Source: an uncultured bacterium
GTDB lineage: Bacteria; Acidobacteriota; Thermoanaerobaculia; Multivoradales; JAHZIX01
DNA: 64,000 nt
Direction of reading: 5' to 3'
Assembly (NCBI GenBank): GCA_965368975.1
Contig: CBDUPA010000011.1
Span: forward strand, 128,001-192,000
A program made the translations under genes and the position numbers. Positions 1 through 9,157 of the stretch are shown in pieces; the first letter of the stretch is position 1; every line of letters begins with the position of its first letter. The notes beneath the pieces were generated by a model that saw only the letters and a program-made list of their open reading frames with translations, was not told where the DNA came from and searched no databases.

Positions 1-156
1 TGGCTTGCTGCTACCGCTCAAGGGCGACTCCCGCGGCGCGCTCGGACCGCGCTGTGTTGGTGCATTGCGGTAGGTTGCCGGATCGAGTTTCCGGAGGTCG
101 AAGCAGAGGTCTCGGCGGCCAGTGTCATCCCGGCGGCAGTATAGTGTGGATGCGGC

Positions 157-162
157 TATAAT
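157..162 (+). promoter_or_regulatory. Putative sigma70 -10 element (TATAAT) for the NYN gene
   Basis: Perfect TATAAT in GC-rich DNA, about 50 nt upstream of the AAGGAGG RBS (201-207) and GTG at 215. No clear -35. Confidence 0.5.
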
Positions 163-214
163 TCATCCCGCATATCTAACTGGTCGAGTCGCTGCGCGGC
201 AAGGAGGAATCGAA

Positions 215-1609
215 GTGAGCCCCTGGTGGAAACGCCCAACGTCGGACGGGAATGAGAGCGAGGTCGAGGAGTCGAGAGCGCCAGTAGCTCCGGCCAAGGT
301 GTCCGAAGAAAGGGCGAAGGCGTCCGAGGACAAAGAATCGTCTCCGGCGCCGTCGCGCCGCGCGGACTCACTGCTGGTAGAAGCGCAGGAAATGACTCCG
401 CCCAGGAGGTCGTCGCCAAAGTCTGCCGACAAGCAGCCTGCGGCGGAGAAGGTGAAGCCCGAACCTGGAAAGACTGCGCCAGCGCAGGCCAAGACCGTCT
501 CGGCTGAGAGCAAGGCCACGACGCCGGAGGCCAAGCCGACGGTGGCGGAAGGCGGTGGCTCGCGCAGCAGGGAACGTCCGTCGCGCGCGGACGACGATGG
601 CGGCCGCCCACGTCGCAGCCGCGGAGGTCGCCGCCGTGGCGCGGATCGCTCGGCTGACCCTGCGGAAGCCGAAGCACCGCCCGCCCCGGTGGCCGAAGCG
701 CCACCGTCAGCGCCGCCGTCTTCAGCATCGCCGGCTTCATCGCTTCCAGTCCTAGCTCCGCTGGCCGGTGCTGCCACTGGCGGCTCGGGCGAACTCGAGT
801 CGCTGCTGCGCGAAGTGCTGCAAGGGGCTCTAGGACCGGACCGCGAGCTGTCGATCAGCGCCGAGCGCAAGATCGCGCTGTTCTGTGACTTCGAGAATAT
901 CGCGCTGGGCGTGCGCGACTCATCAGTCAGCAAGTTTGACATCGCGGTGATTCTCAAGCGGCTGGTGGAGAAGGGGAAGATCATCGTCAAGAAGGCGTAT
1001 GCCGACTGGGATCGCTACAGCGAGTACAAGCAGACGCTGCACGAGGCCGGTATCGAGCTGATCGACATCCCGCAGAAGCGCTATTCGGGCAAGAACAGCG
1101 CCGACATCAAGATGGTGGTCGATGCCATGGATCTGTGCTACTCGAAGGAGCACCTGGACACCTTCGTGGTGATGTCCGGCGACAGCGATTTCTCGCCGCT
1201 GGTCGGCAAGCTCAAGGAGAACAACAAGTACGTCATCGGCGTCGGCGTCCAGGACTCGTCGTCGGCTCTGCTGGTCGACAATTGCGACGAGTTCCTTTTC
1301 TATGAGGATCTCTGGCGCGACTCCCAGAAGGCCCCACGCATGGATGGCTTGACGCCGAAGGACCAGGAAGTCTTCGGCTTGATGAGCGACGCGATCCTGG
1401 CGCTGATCCGTGACAACAAGGATGTGCTGTGGGGATCGATGATCAAGCAGACCATGCAGCGCAAGATGCCCTCCTTCAACGAGGGCTACTACGGTTACAG
1501 CACCTTTTCCGAGCTGCTGGAGGATGCTGAACGCAAGAAGGTCATCCGACTGAAGAAGGATCAGCGGTCCGGAAGCTACATCGTCGCGGGCTTCGCCATG
1601 CGGCCTTGA
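215..1609 (+). CDS. NYN (LabA/DUF88, PIN-fold) domain protein with C-terminal OST-HTH/LOTUS domain and long disordered N-terminus
   Basis: Motifs IALFCDFENI, KNSADIKMVVDAMD, SGDSDFSPL, CDEFLFY; C-terminal FNEGYYGYSTFSELLE. Start moved to GTG 215, after AAGGAGG. Confidence 0.88.
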   Translation: MSPWWKRPTSDGNESEVEESRAPVAPAKVSEERAKASEDKESSPAPSRRADSLLVEAQEMTPPRRSSPKSADKQPAAEKVKPEPGKTAPAQAKTVSAESKATTPEAKPTVAEGGGSRSRERPSRADDDGGRPRRSRGGRRRGADRSADPAEAEAPPAPVAEAPPSAPPSSASPASSLPVLAPLAGAATGGSGELESLLREVLQGALGPDRELSISAERKIALFCDFENIALGVRDSSVSKFDIAVILKRLVEKGKIIVKKAYADWDRYSEYKQTLHEAGIELIDIPQKRYSGKNSADIKMVVDAMDLCYSKEHLDTFVVMSGDSDFSPLVGKLKENNKYVIGVGVQDSSSALLVDNCDEFLFYEDLWRDSQKAPRMDGLTPKDQEVFGLMSDAILALIRDNKDVLWGSMIKQTMQRKMPSFNEGYYGYSTFSELLEDAERKKVIRLKKDQRSGSYIVAGFAMRP

Positions 1610-1634
1610 GCTGCGAATTCTCGGTGCCCTTGTT

Positions 1635-3131
1635 GTGAGCACTCCCACTTCCAACCCATCCAGTCTCGGGCCGAATAGCCCCAAGCAACTGGGACGCTTC
1701 CAGATTCTGCGCGTTCTGGGCAGGGGGGCCATGGGGACTGTCTATCTGGCGCTCGATCGTCTCATCGAGCGCCAGGTGGCGATCAAGGAAATCAAGGTCG
1801 ACGAGGATCTCTCGGACGCCGAACGCAAGGAGCTACGGGGTCGTTTCGAGACCGAGTTCCGCACCGCCGGTAAACTGTCGCATCCCAACGTCGCCACGGT
1901 CTTCGACGTCGGTCAAGGCAGCGGCACGTACTTCATCGCCATGGAGTACGTACCGGGCACGAGCTTGGGCCAGCGGCTGCGTCAAGAGCCCGCGCTGACC
2001 ATGGCGGAGATCTTGCGCCTGACCGAGCAGATCGCTGACGGCCTCGATCATGCGCATGCGCACGGTATCGTGCATCGCGACGTCAAGCCGGCCAACGTGC
2101 TGTTGACTGGGGATGGTCGCGTCAAGGTGGTCGACTTCGGCATCGCCAAGGTGTCGACCTCCAACCTGACCGTCACCGGTACGGTCCTTGGCACGCCTGC
2201 TTACATGTCGCCGGAGCAGGTGGCCGGTAAGCAGGTGACCGGCAAGAGTGACCAATTCTCGCTCGCGGTCATGCTCTATCGCATGCTCACCGGTGAACAG
2301 CCGTTCCGTGGCGACAATCCCTCGAGCGTCTTGTATCAGATCGTCCACGACACGCCGGAACCGACGCACCAGCACAATCCGAACCTGCCCAAAGCGGTCA
2401 ACGCGGTTCTGCTGCGCGGCATGGCCAAGGCACCGAGCGACCGCTTCGACAATTGCCGAGCGCTGGTGGTGGCACTTGCCGATGCGCTCGGCTCACCCTT
2501 GGCGTCCAGGCCGGAAGCGGCGCAAGCCAAGGAGTACGACAACGAGCCGACCTCGCGCATGGACTTGCCGCTACGCCCGCGCCGCCGCGTGTGGGTGGGA
2601 ATCGCGGCGGTGCTGCTGCTGTTGCTGGCAGTGTGGGCCGGGCTAGCGTGGTTCGGCCCGCCGGGCGGCGATGCCCGCGAGAGCCGGGCGACCGCGACCG
2701 GAATCCGTGTTCAAGCCGAGTACGACGTGACCGTGCGGGCCGCGGGGAAGACCTTCGGTCCCGGTCGCAATCCGGTCGTCGAGCTGCCGCCCGGCGAGCA
2801 CAACATCCAGCTGGAGGCGAGCGATGTGTTCCTCAAGGAGACCTTCACGGTACGCGTTGGCGAAGGCCCCCTAGCCTTGTTCCCCGCGCCACCGCTGGTC
2901 GACATCCTGATCGAGACCGATCCCGCGGGCGCCCGAGTGGGCATTGAAGACAATAACCTGGGGCCGGCCCCTCTCAGCCTACGGGTGGTCGAAGGCGAGC
3001 ACTTCCTCAGCTTCTTCTGGTCGGAGTCGGAGACAACGGAGACCTACACATGGAAGGTTTCGAGTCAGTCCAGACATCTCTTGATGACGCCGGACGGTCC
3101 CTTGGGCGACGGCGGCTCCGGTCAGCCCTGA
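1635..3131 (+). CDS. Hanks-type Ser/Thr protein kinase with one TM helix and PEGA-like C-terminal domain
   Basis: GRGAMGTV, VAIK, HRDVKPAN, DFG, GTPAYMSPE; TM segment VWVGIAAVLLLLLAVWAGLAW; IETDPAGARV is PEGA-like. Confidence 0.92.
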   Translation: MSTPTSNPSSLGPNSPKQLGRFQILRVLGRGAMGTVYLALDRLIERQVAIKEIKVDEDLSDAERKELRGRFETEFRTAGKLSHPNVATVFDVGQGSGTYFIAMEYVPGTSLGQRLRQEPALTMAEILRLTEQIADGLDHAHAHGIVHRDVKPANVLLTGDGRVKVVDFGIAKVSTSNLTVTGTVLGTPAYMSPEQVAGKQVTGKSDQFSLAVMLYRMLTGEQPFRGDNPSSVLYQIVHDTPEPTHQHNPNLPKAVNAVLLRGMAKAPSDRFDNCRALVVALADALGSPLASRPEAAQAKEYDNEPTSRMDLPLRPRRRVWVGIAAVLLLLLAVWAGLAWFGPPGGDARESRATATGIRVQAEYDVTVRAAGKTFGPGRNPVVELPPGEHNIQLEASDVFLKETFTVRVGEGPLALFPAPPLVDILIETDPAGARVGIEDNNLGPAPLSLRVVEGEHFLSFFWSESETTETYTWKVSSQSRHLLMTPDGPLGDGGSGQP

Positions 3132-4357
3132 GGTTTCTGTTTGCCACCACACTGCTGAGCACCTGCGGACTGGCGCTACTCGCACAGCCGCTACTCGCAC
3201 AGCCGCCCGTGGTCGACGCTACGTCGTCCACCACGCCGCCGTTGGTCACAAACGGGGATTCCGCCTCGCTGCCGCGCAGTCCGTCCGTGGTGCGCGTGCG
3301 CAAGCTGATCCCTGGCGGGGGGCGGCTGGACTGGTCGGTGCAGGGCGACAGCATCGTCTATGACCGGCGCGGCGGAGACGGTTTCTATGATCTCTACCTG
3401 ACCGATCCAGACGGGGCCTCCGAGCGCTGCCTGACCTGCCCGTTGCTCGAATTCCGTAGCGCCCACGCCTACGCTCCCGCCTGGCATCCTTCCGGGGACT
3501 GGATCGCTTTCCTGGCACAGCCGCGTGCATCGCGCCTGGATCTGGACACGGTGCGCATGGCGTCGCCGGATCGCGGGTTGCACGCCGAGTTGTGGGTGAT
3601 CAGCCGCGACGGTAAGGGATTCTTTCAGCTCGGCCCCGGTCGTGAACGGGGTACCGCGGTGCTCGATGCTCATTTCTCGCACGAGGGAGGGCACCTGGCC
3701 TGGAGTGAGCGAGCGTCCAGTTCTCAAGGGGCCTGGAGCGACTGGGTGGTGCGCGTCGCGGAATTCCGCAATCGCAGCGTTCCCCGGCTGGTCGATGTCG
3801 AGACGCACGAACCGCCGCGCCGCACCTTCCTGCAGGTACTCGATTTCAGCTCCGATGATCGTGCTCTGCTGGTGGCCGGCGGTCTGGACGGGCAGTCGGC
3901 TGCCTTCGTCGACCTCTACTTGATGCCGCTGGCGGGTGATCGGCCCCAGTCGCGCCAGTCCCAGGCGCGCCAGCCCCAGGCGCTGACCCGGGCGACCGGC
4001 GAGGCCAACACGGCCGCCCGTATTTCACCACGCGGCGATGTGATCGCCTGGGCGTCGACACGCAACCAGCGCCGCGTCGGTGGCGCGGCCACGCGTGGCC
4101 TGCCGCTGCAGCCGCGGGATCTCTGGTTGCGCGCCCTGGACACCAGCGCCGCCGCGGGCACTCATTTCGCCAGTGCCGAGCGTCTCACGTACTTCAATGA
4201 TCCAGCGGCGCCCGAAGCCGTCGGCGGTGCCGCGGTGGCGGATGTCGCCTGGTCGCCAGACGGTCGGGTACTAGCGGTGCAGGTGGTCTCACAACTGCGG
4301 CGTGGGGGCCAGGAAGCGATTTATTTGGTGGAGCTTGCCCCCGAACTCGGCCGCTAG
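3050..4357 (+). CDS. Exported TolB-like (PD40/WD40 beta-propeller) protein
   Basis: Repeated PAWHPSGD, FSHEGG, ISPRGD and AWSPDG motifs; hydrophobic signal-like segment. True start is probably nearer 3100-3130. Confidence 0.75.
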   Translation: MEGFESVQTSLDDAGRSLGRRRLRSALRFLFATTLLSTCGLALLAQPLLAQPPVVDATSSTTPPLVTNGDSASLPRSPSVVRVRKLIPGGGRLDWSVQGDSIVYDRRGGDGFYDLYLTDPDGASERCLTCPLLEFRSAHAYAPAWHPSGDWIAFLAQPRASRLDLDTVRMASPDRGLHAELWVISRDGKGFFQLGPGRERGTAVLDAHFSHEGGHLAWSERASSSQGAWSDWVVRVAEFRNRSVPRLVDVETHEPPRRTFLQVLDFSSDDRALLVAGGLDGQSAAFVDLYLMPLAGDRPQSRQSQARQPQALTRATGEANTAARISPRGDVIAWASTRNQRRVGGAATRGLPLQPRDLWLRALDTSAAAGTHFASAERLTYFNDPAAPEAVGGAAVADVAWSPDGRVLAVQVVSQLRRGGQEAIYLVELAPELGR

Positions 4358-4416
4358 CGTGGAGACCATCCGCCCGAGGCTTGCGACGCCAGCAGCGAAG
4401 CGAGTATCCTCATGCC

Positions 4417-5268
4417 GTGTTGGACTTACTCGCGTCGCCCGAAGCCTGGATCAGTCTGATCACACTCGCTGCCCTGGAAATCGTTCTGGGCATCGACAAC
4501 ATCGTCTTCATTACGATCCTTGCGGCCAAACTACCGCAAGAACAGCAGCTGAAGGCTCGGCGCATCGGATTGCTGGTTGCCCTGGTCTCGAGGCTGGCAC
4601 TGCTCGCTTCTTTGAACTGGGTCATCGGCTTGACGGCGCCGCTGTTCAACGTTCTCGGACACGAGATCTCGGGCCGCGATCTGATCTTGCTCAGTGGCGG
4701 CTTGTTCCTGATCGCCAAAGCCACCTACGAGATCTACGACAAGGTCGAGGCAGCACATCCCGGTGTCGGCGACGCGGGTGCGATCGCTGGCAAGGCTGTT
4801 TCGATGGGGTCGATCCTGTTTCAGATCATGCTGCTAGACCTGGTCTTCTCGCTCGACTCGGTCATTACTGCGGTCGGCATGGCGCAGCACCTTTCGATCA
4901 TGGCAACCGCCGTCATTCTGGCGGTCATCGTGATGTTGATCTTTGCGGGACCGATCGGCGATTTCGTCGAGCGCCATCCGAGCATCAAGATCCTGGCCCT
5001 GTCCTTCCTGGTGATGATCGGTGTCCTGTTGGTCGCCGAGGGTACCGGGCAACATCTCAGCAAGGGCTACGTCTACTTCGGTATGGCCTTCTCTCTGTTC
5101 ATCGAGTTGCTCAACATGCGCTATCGGGCACGGCAACAGCGTCTGCAAGCGGCCAAGTCCGCCGTCAGCCGCCAGACCCAGAACGATTCACAACCAAGAG
5201 ATTCACACAATCTGGATTCGAAGCAGGGCTCTCCGGCCACCGAGGCCGGAGCAGGAGAGTCGAGGTGA
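4417..5268 (+). CDS. TerC family integral membrane protein
   Basis: LEIVLGIDNIVFI, GRDLILL.GGLFLI.K, DLVFSLDSVITAVG. Start uncertain (4381 or 4417). Confidence 0.92.
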   Translation: MLDLLASPEAWISLITLAALEIVLGIDNIVFITILAAKLPQEQQLKARRIGLLVALVSRLALLASLNWVIGLTAPLFNVLGHEISGRDLILLSGGLFLIAKATYEIYDKVEAAHPGVGDAGAIAGKAVSMGSILFQIMLLDLVFSLDSVITAVGMAQHLSIMATAVILAVIVMLIFAGPIGDFVERHPSIKILALSFLVMIGVLLVAEGTGQHLSKGYVYFGMAFSLFIELLNMRYRARQQRLQAAKSAVSRQTQNDSQPRDSHNLDSKQGSPATEAGAGESR

Positions 5269-5474
5269 GGCACGGCGCTCGCGCGTCCAGCCCTCAGCCC
5301 TCCTCTTCGTCCCTGTCCCTGACAAGCTTCCCTCACCCTAGTACCACTCAGCCTGCATCCGACACCTCTTTCCGGTGGCCGCTATGCGTACCACTGGGCT
5401 CGGTGACCGGACCAGCCCGCGTGTACTAGGAAGTGAAGCGACAAACGCTTCCGACTTAGACAAGGAAACCAACC

Positions 5475-8294
5475 TTGAGCCGAAAAATGCTGATCAACGC
5501 GCAGCATCCCGAGCAGCTGCGCGTCGCCGTCGTGGATGGAACTGCCCTCGACGCCTACGAGATCGAGGTCGCCGAGTCCGGTGTCAGCCGCGGCAACATC
5601 TACCGCGGTGTCATCGCCTCCATTGAACCCAGCCTCAACGCTGCCTTCATCGAGTACGGAGCTGAGCGTCACGGCTTCCTCTCGGGCGACGACCTGGTGC
5701 CCGACGCCTACCACCGCAAGCCGCCCAAGGACGAGCGTCGGCCGCGCGTCGAGCAGGTGCTGGAGCGGGGCAAGCCGGTGCTGATTCAGGTGGTCAAGGA
5801 CGCCCTGGGCCGCAAGGGCGCGGCCATGACCACCAGCCTGACCCTGGCCGGCCGCTACCTGGTGCTGACGCCCTTCGACCCGACCATCGGCGTGTCGCGC
5901 AAGGTCGACGACGAGGCGTCGCGCAAACAGCTGCGCGAGCGTCTCGACGGTCTCACCCTGCCCGACGGCTGCGGCGTCATCGCGCGCACCAATGCGCTGC
6001 AGCAGACCAAGGCGACTCTCAACCGCGACCTCAATGCCCTGCTGCGGCTATGGAAGCGGGTCAGCGGAGAAGCCTCGTCCGGCCGCGGTCCACGGTTGCT
6101 CTACAGCGATCAGGACCTGGTGGTGCAGGCACTGCGCGACCACCTGGACAACACGATCGACGAACTGGTGGTCGATAGCGACGATGTCCTCAAGAAGGCT
6201 GAGCGCTATATCAAGGCCTTCCTGCCGCGCACCAAGATCAAGGTGACGCGCTACGAAGAGCGCATTCCGCTGTTTGCCCGCTATCACCTGGAATCCGAGG
6301 TCGACAAGATCTACGCGCGCGAGGTGTCTCTGTCGTGCGGTGGTGCCATCGTCATCGACCGCACCGAAGCGCTGACCGCGATCGACGTCAACTCCGGCAA
6401 GTCGAGCAAGGGCGGAGGGCACGAGGAGACCGTGCTGCGCGCCAACCTGGAGGCCGCGGAAGAAATCGCTCGCCATCTGCGGCTGCGTGACATCGGTGGC
6501 CTGGTCATCGTCGACTTCATCGACATGCGCTTCCGCAAGAACCAGCGCAAGGTCGAGCAGGTCATGCGTCAGGCGGTCAAGCCGGACCGCGCGCGCATCA
6601 AGCTCGAACGGTTGTCCCCCAACGGCTTGATGGAGATCAACCGGCAGCGCATGAAGCAGCAGCTACAGCTGCAGACGCACCGCGCCTGCCCTACCTGCGG
6701 TGGTGCCGGTGTCATCGCCAGCCGGGATTTCGTCAGTCTCAGCGTGCTACGTCGGATCGAAGCGCGTGCCGCCGCGGGTGGGCTCAAGGCAGTGCGCATC
6801 GCGCTGCACCCCGAGCTGGCCGACTCCCTGCAGAACGGCAGGCGTGGCGAGCTGGCGGCGCTGGAGCAAGAGTTCGGCATCCGCATCGAGATCATTTCGG
6901 GTGCCGGCCTACATCGCTCGGAGGAGCAAGTCGAGTGGCTACGCCGCGAGCCAGGTAAAGACGCCCCCAAGCCCAGCCGGCCGGTACGCCCGGCGATCAC
7001 CGCGTCCGACCTGGTTAGCGACGACGACGAAAGTTCGGACTCGAACGAGGCTGGGGGCGAGCGCAAGAAGTCGCGTCGCCGCCGCCGTCGTCGTCGTCGG
7101 CGGGGCGGGGATCAGGACGAGGCAACGGGCCAGCAGGCCGAGACTGGTGCCGCGTCGACCGCCGACGATGTCGAGTCGCGCGCGCCCGAGCCGGACCACG
7201 ACGGTGACAAAGCCAGTGACAAGGACGGTGACGAGCAGGATGCTGCCAAGAGTGGTCGCCGGCGCCGCAGTCGCTCGCGTCGCGGACGTTCGCGTCGCTC
7301 GCCGGGAGACGGCCAGACCACGGACGGAGAAGCCGGCGACGCTCCCACCGAGGATACCGAGGACAGGCGGTCCCGCCGCGGTGGTCGCTCACGCGAGTCC
7401 GACAGGTCCCCCGATGACAGGTCCGCCAGTGATAGGTCCCCCAGTGATAGGCCCACCAGTGACGGGCCCACCGATGACGGGCCTACCCGGGACAGGCCCA
7501 CTCGGGACAGGCCTACGCGGGACAGGCCTACGCGGGACAGGCCCACCAGGGATAGGCCTACCAGGGACAGATCGAGCCGCGACACGCCGTCCCGTGGCGA
7601 CCAGCCCGAAGACGGCCGCGACAGGCCAAAGGAAAAGGCAGACGATGGCGATTCTCCGTCCACGGCCGAGGAGCGCAAGCCTCGCCGCCGCAGCCGCGCG
7701 CGCCGCCGCCCTACAGAGGCGGACAACGGAGCCGGAACGGAAGGCTCGCACGACTCCGAAAGTTCCTCCACGTCAGAGCGCGCACCGCAGTCAGAGCGTG
7801 AACCTCAGTCGGAGCGCGCACCCCAGTCGGAGCGCGCACGGTCAGGGCGCGCCCGCAGATCCGAGCGAGCACCTAGGTCAGACCGAGCACCCAGGTCAGA
7901 AGAAAACTCGTCCAGGTCCGAGTCCGTGTCCGCGGACGCTCCTGCCGCTGGCGAGTCCGCGGTGAGGCTGTTTGCACCAAAGCCGGCAGCCCAAGACGCG
8001 CCCGAAGCCCGAGAGCCGCAAGAAGATGGCGGTACGAGCAGCGAGGGTCGTCTGCGTCCACCGCGTCGCCGCCCCGTGCGCCGTCGCCCCAAGAGCGAAA
8101 CGGCGTCAGATGCCTCGACCTCGGCGGCCGAGCCTTCGAAGGGACAGTCGAAGGAGTCCTCGACAGGGACTGCCGCTGCCGGTGGTGGTGACGAAGCGCC
8201 TGCTGACAAGCCCGTGCGCCGTCGTCGCACCGCGGCACCGCCGCGGCGTCGAACCCGCAAACCACCCGAGGGCCAGGACGGGCAAGACGACTGA
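5475..8294 (+). CDS. rne: Ribonuclease E/G family protein with about 450-aa Arg/acidic disordered C-terminal tail
   Basis: GNIYRG, AAFIEYG, TEALTAIDVNSG, LRLRDIGGLVIVDFIDM, CPTCGG Zn-link; long tail is typical of RNase E. TTG start. Confidence 0.88.
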   Translation: MSRKMLINAQHPEQLRVAVVDGTALDAYEIEVAESGVSRGNIYRGVIASIEPSLNAAFIEYGAERHGFLSGDDLVPDAYHRKPPKDERRPRVEQVLERGKPVLIQVVKDALGRKGAAMTTSLTLAGRYLVLTPFDPTIGVSRKVDDEASRKQLRERLDGLTLPDGCGVIARTNALQQTKATLNRDLNALLRLWKRVSGEASSGRGPRLLYSDQDLVVQALRDHLDNTIDELVVDSDDVLKKAERYIKAFLPRTKIKVTRYEERIPLFARYHLESEVDKIYAREVSLSCGGAIVIDRTEALTAIDVNSGKSSKGGGHEETVLRANLEAAEEIARHLRLRDIGGLVIVDFIDMRFRKNQRKVEQVMRQAVKPDRARIKLERLSPNGLMEINRQRMKQQLQLQTHRACPTCGGAGVIASRDFVSLSVLRRIEARAAAGGLKAVRIALHPELADSLQNGRRGELAALEQEFGIRIEIISGAGLHRSEEQVEWLRREPGKDAPKPSRPVRPAITASDLVSDDDESSDSNEAGGERKKSRRRRRRRRRRGGDQDEATGQQAETGAASTADDVESRAPEPDHDGDKASDKDGDEQDAAKSGRRRRSRSRRGRSRRSPGDGQTTDGEAGDAPTEDTEDRRSRRGGRSRESDRSPDDRSASDRSPSDRPTSDGPTDDGPTRDRPTRDRPTRDRPTRDRPTRDRPTRDRSSRDTPSRGDQPEDGRDRPKEKADDGDSPSTAEERKPRRRSRARRRPTEADNGAGTEGSHDSESSSTSERAPQSEREPQSERAPQSERARSGRARRSERAPRSDRAPRSEENSSRSESVSADAPAAGESAVRLFAPKPAAQDAPEAREPQEDGGTSSEGRLRPPRRRPVRRRPKSETASDASTSAAEPSKGQSKESSTGTAAAGGGDEAPADKPVRRRRTAAPPRRRTRKPPEGQDGQDD
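7401..7580 (+). repeat. 12 x 15-bp in-frame tandem repeat (DRPTR-type) in the rne tail
   Basis: Units such as gacaggcctacgcgg and gataggcccaccagt at an exact 15-nt period. Confidence 0.9.
7773..7896 (+). repeat. Degenerate 18-bp tandem repeat (SERAPQ/R) in the rne tail
   Basis: tcagagcgcgcaccgcag, tcagagcgtgaacctcag, tcggagcgcgcaccccag and further degenerate copies. Confidence 0.75.
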
Positions 8295-8519
8295 GCCTGG
8301 GCCTTGGCCGGCTGTCGGACGGCAGGGACCGAAAGGCCCCGCGTGGTATATTGATCGATCCACCAGGCGTGCCGCCGAGCTTGCCTGCTACTTGGAGTGC
8401 GCCCGGGTACGCAGCCCGTGGGCACCAGCTTGCAGCCACCGGCAACTCGACATCCTCCGCGCGCCGTAACAGCCACCCCCCACTCCGTCACGAGCACGAT
8501 CAGGAAGGACGATCCCGCA

Positions 8520-9071
8520 ATGAGTGCCCGACGCTTGATGAACAACATCTACTACTTCACGATCGAAGACGAAGGAATTCTCTCCGAGGCCTTCAACCGC
8601 ATCGAGAGCGACGTCTTCGCCATTACCTACAAGGTCAAGGGCACCGAGGACGTCTTCGTCGCCACCAGCGACACCAAGGATGCCATGGACCGCAACGACA
8701 TCCCGTACAACTTACTGGCCAAGGAAGATGGCTCGCGCATCGCGCTCTACCACACGGCGCTGTCGCGCGAAGAGCTGGAGAATTTCGAGGACTCCTTGAA
8801 GACCCTGGTCCTGGCACACCGTGGCATCGGCATGGCGTGTGTCGGTGTCAACGGTGAGAGTAACCTCGGCTTCGACCTGAGCAAGAAGGGCGCCAAGCAG
8901 TACACCTACTTCACCGCGCCCGCCGGCCATACCTTCATCTGGCGGGTCTTCCACGAGAAGGAAGAGGCGCGCGCATTCATGACCAAGCTGTTCATGGGCG
9001 ACCACCAGGCGATGGAGTGGGTCGAAGGCATGCAGCTGAACTCGTCGACCGAGCTGGCTTCTTTCCACTGA
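8520..9071 (+). CDS. Hypothetical cytoplasmic protein (183 aa)
   Basis: Strong GC3 codon bias, AGGAAGG RBS before ATG 8520, downstream hairpin. No family recognised. Confidence 0.8.
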   Translation: MSARRLMNNIYYFTIEDEGILSEAFNRIESDVFAITYKVKGTEDVFVATSDTKDAMDRNDIPYNLLAKEDGSRIALYHTALSREELENFEDSLKTLVLAHRGIGMACVGVNGESNLGFDLSKKGAKQYTYFTAPAGHTFIWRVFHEKEEARAFMTKLFMGDHQAMEWVEGMQLNSSTELASFH

Positions 9072-9079
9072 TGTGCTGT

Positions 9080-9100
9080 CCATGGGCGCGTCGCCCATGG
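9080..9100 (+). terminator. Stem-loop after the hypothetical gene (possible terminator)
   Basis: ccatgggcg-cgt-cgcccatgg, perfect 9-bp stem 8 nt after the stop; weak U-tract. Confidence 0.5.
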
Positions 9101-9157
9101 TTACGCGATCCGTTGCCGCCGTCCGGGGGTTGCTCCCTCGGTAGAGGGTGCTGAGTT

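Noticed and set aside
5269-5474. rne 5' leader as a structured autoregulatory RNA
   Set aside because: Plausible by analogy, but I could not identify a convincing stem structure by eye.
7401-7580. Regular repeat array considered as a CRISPR
   Set aside because: Contiguous degenerate 15-bp units with no spacers, in frame within rne, and no cas genes.
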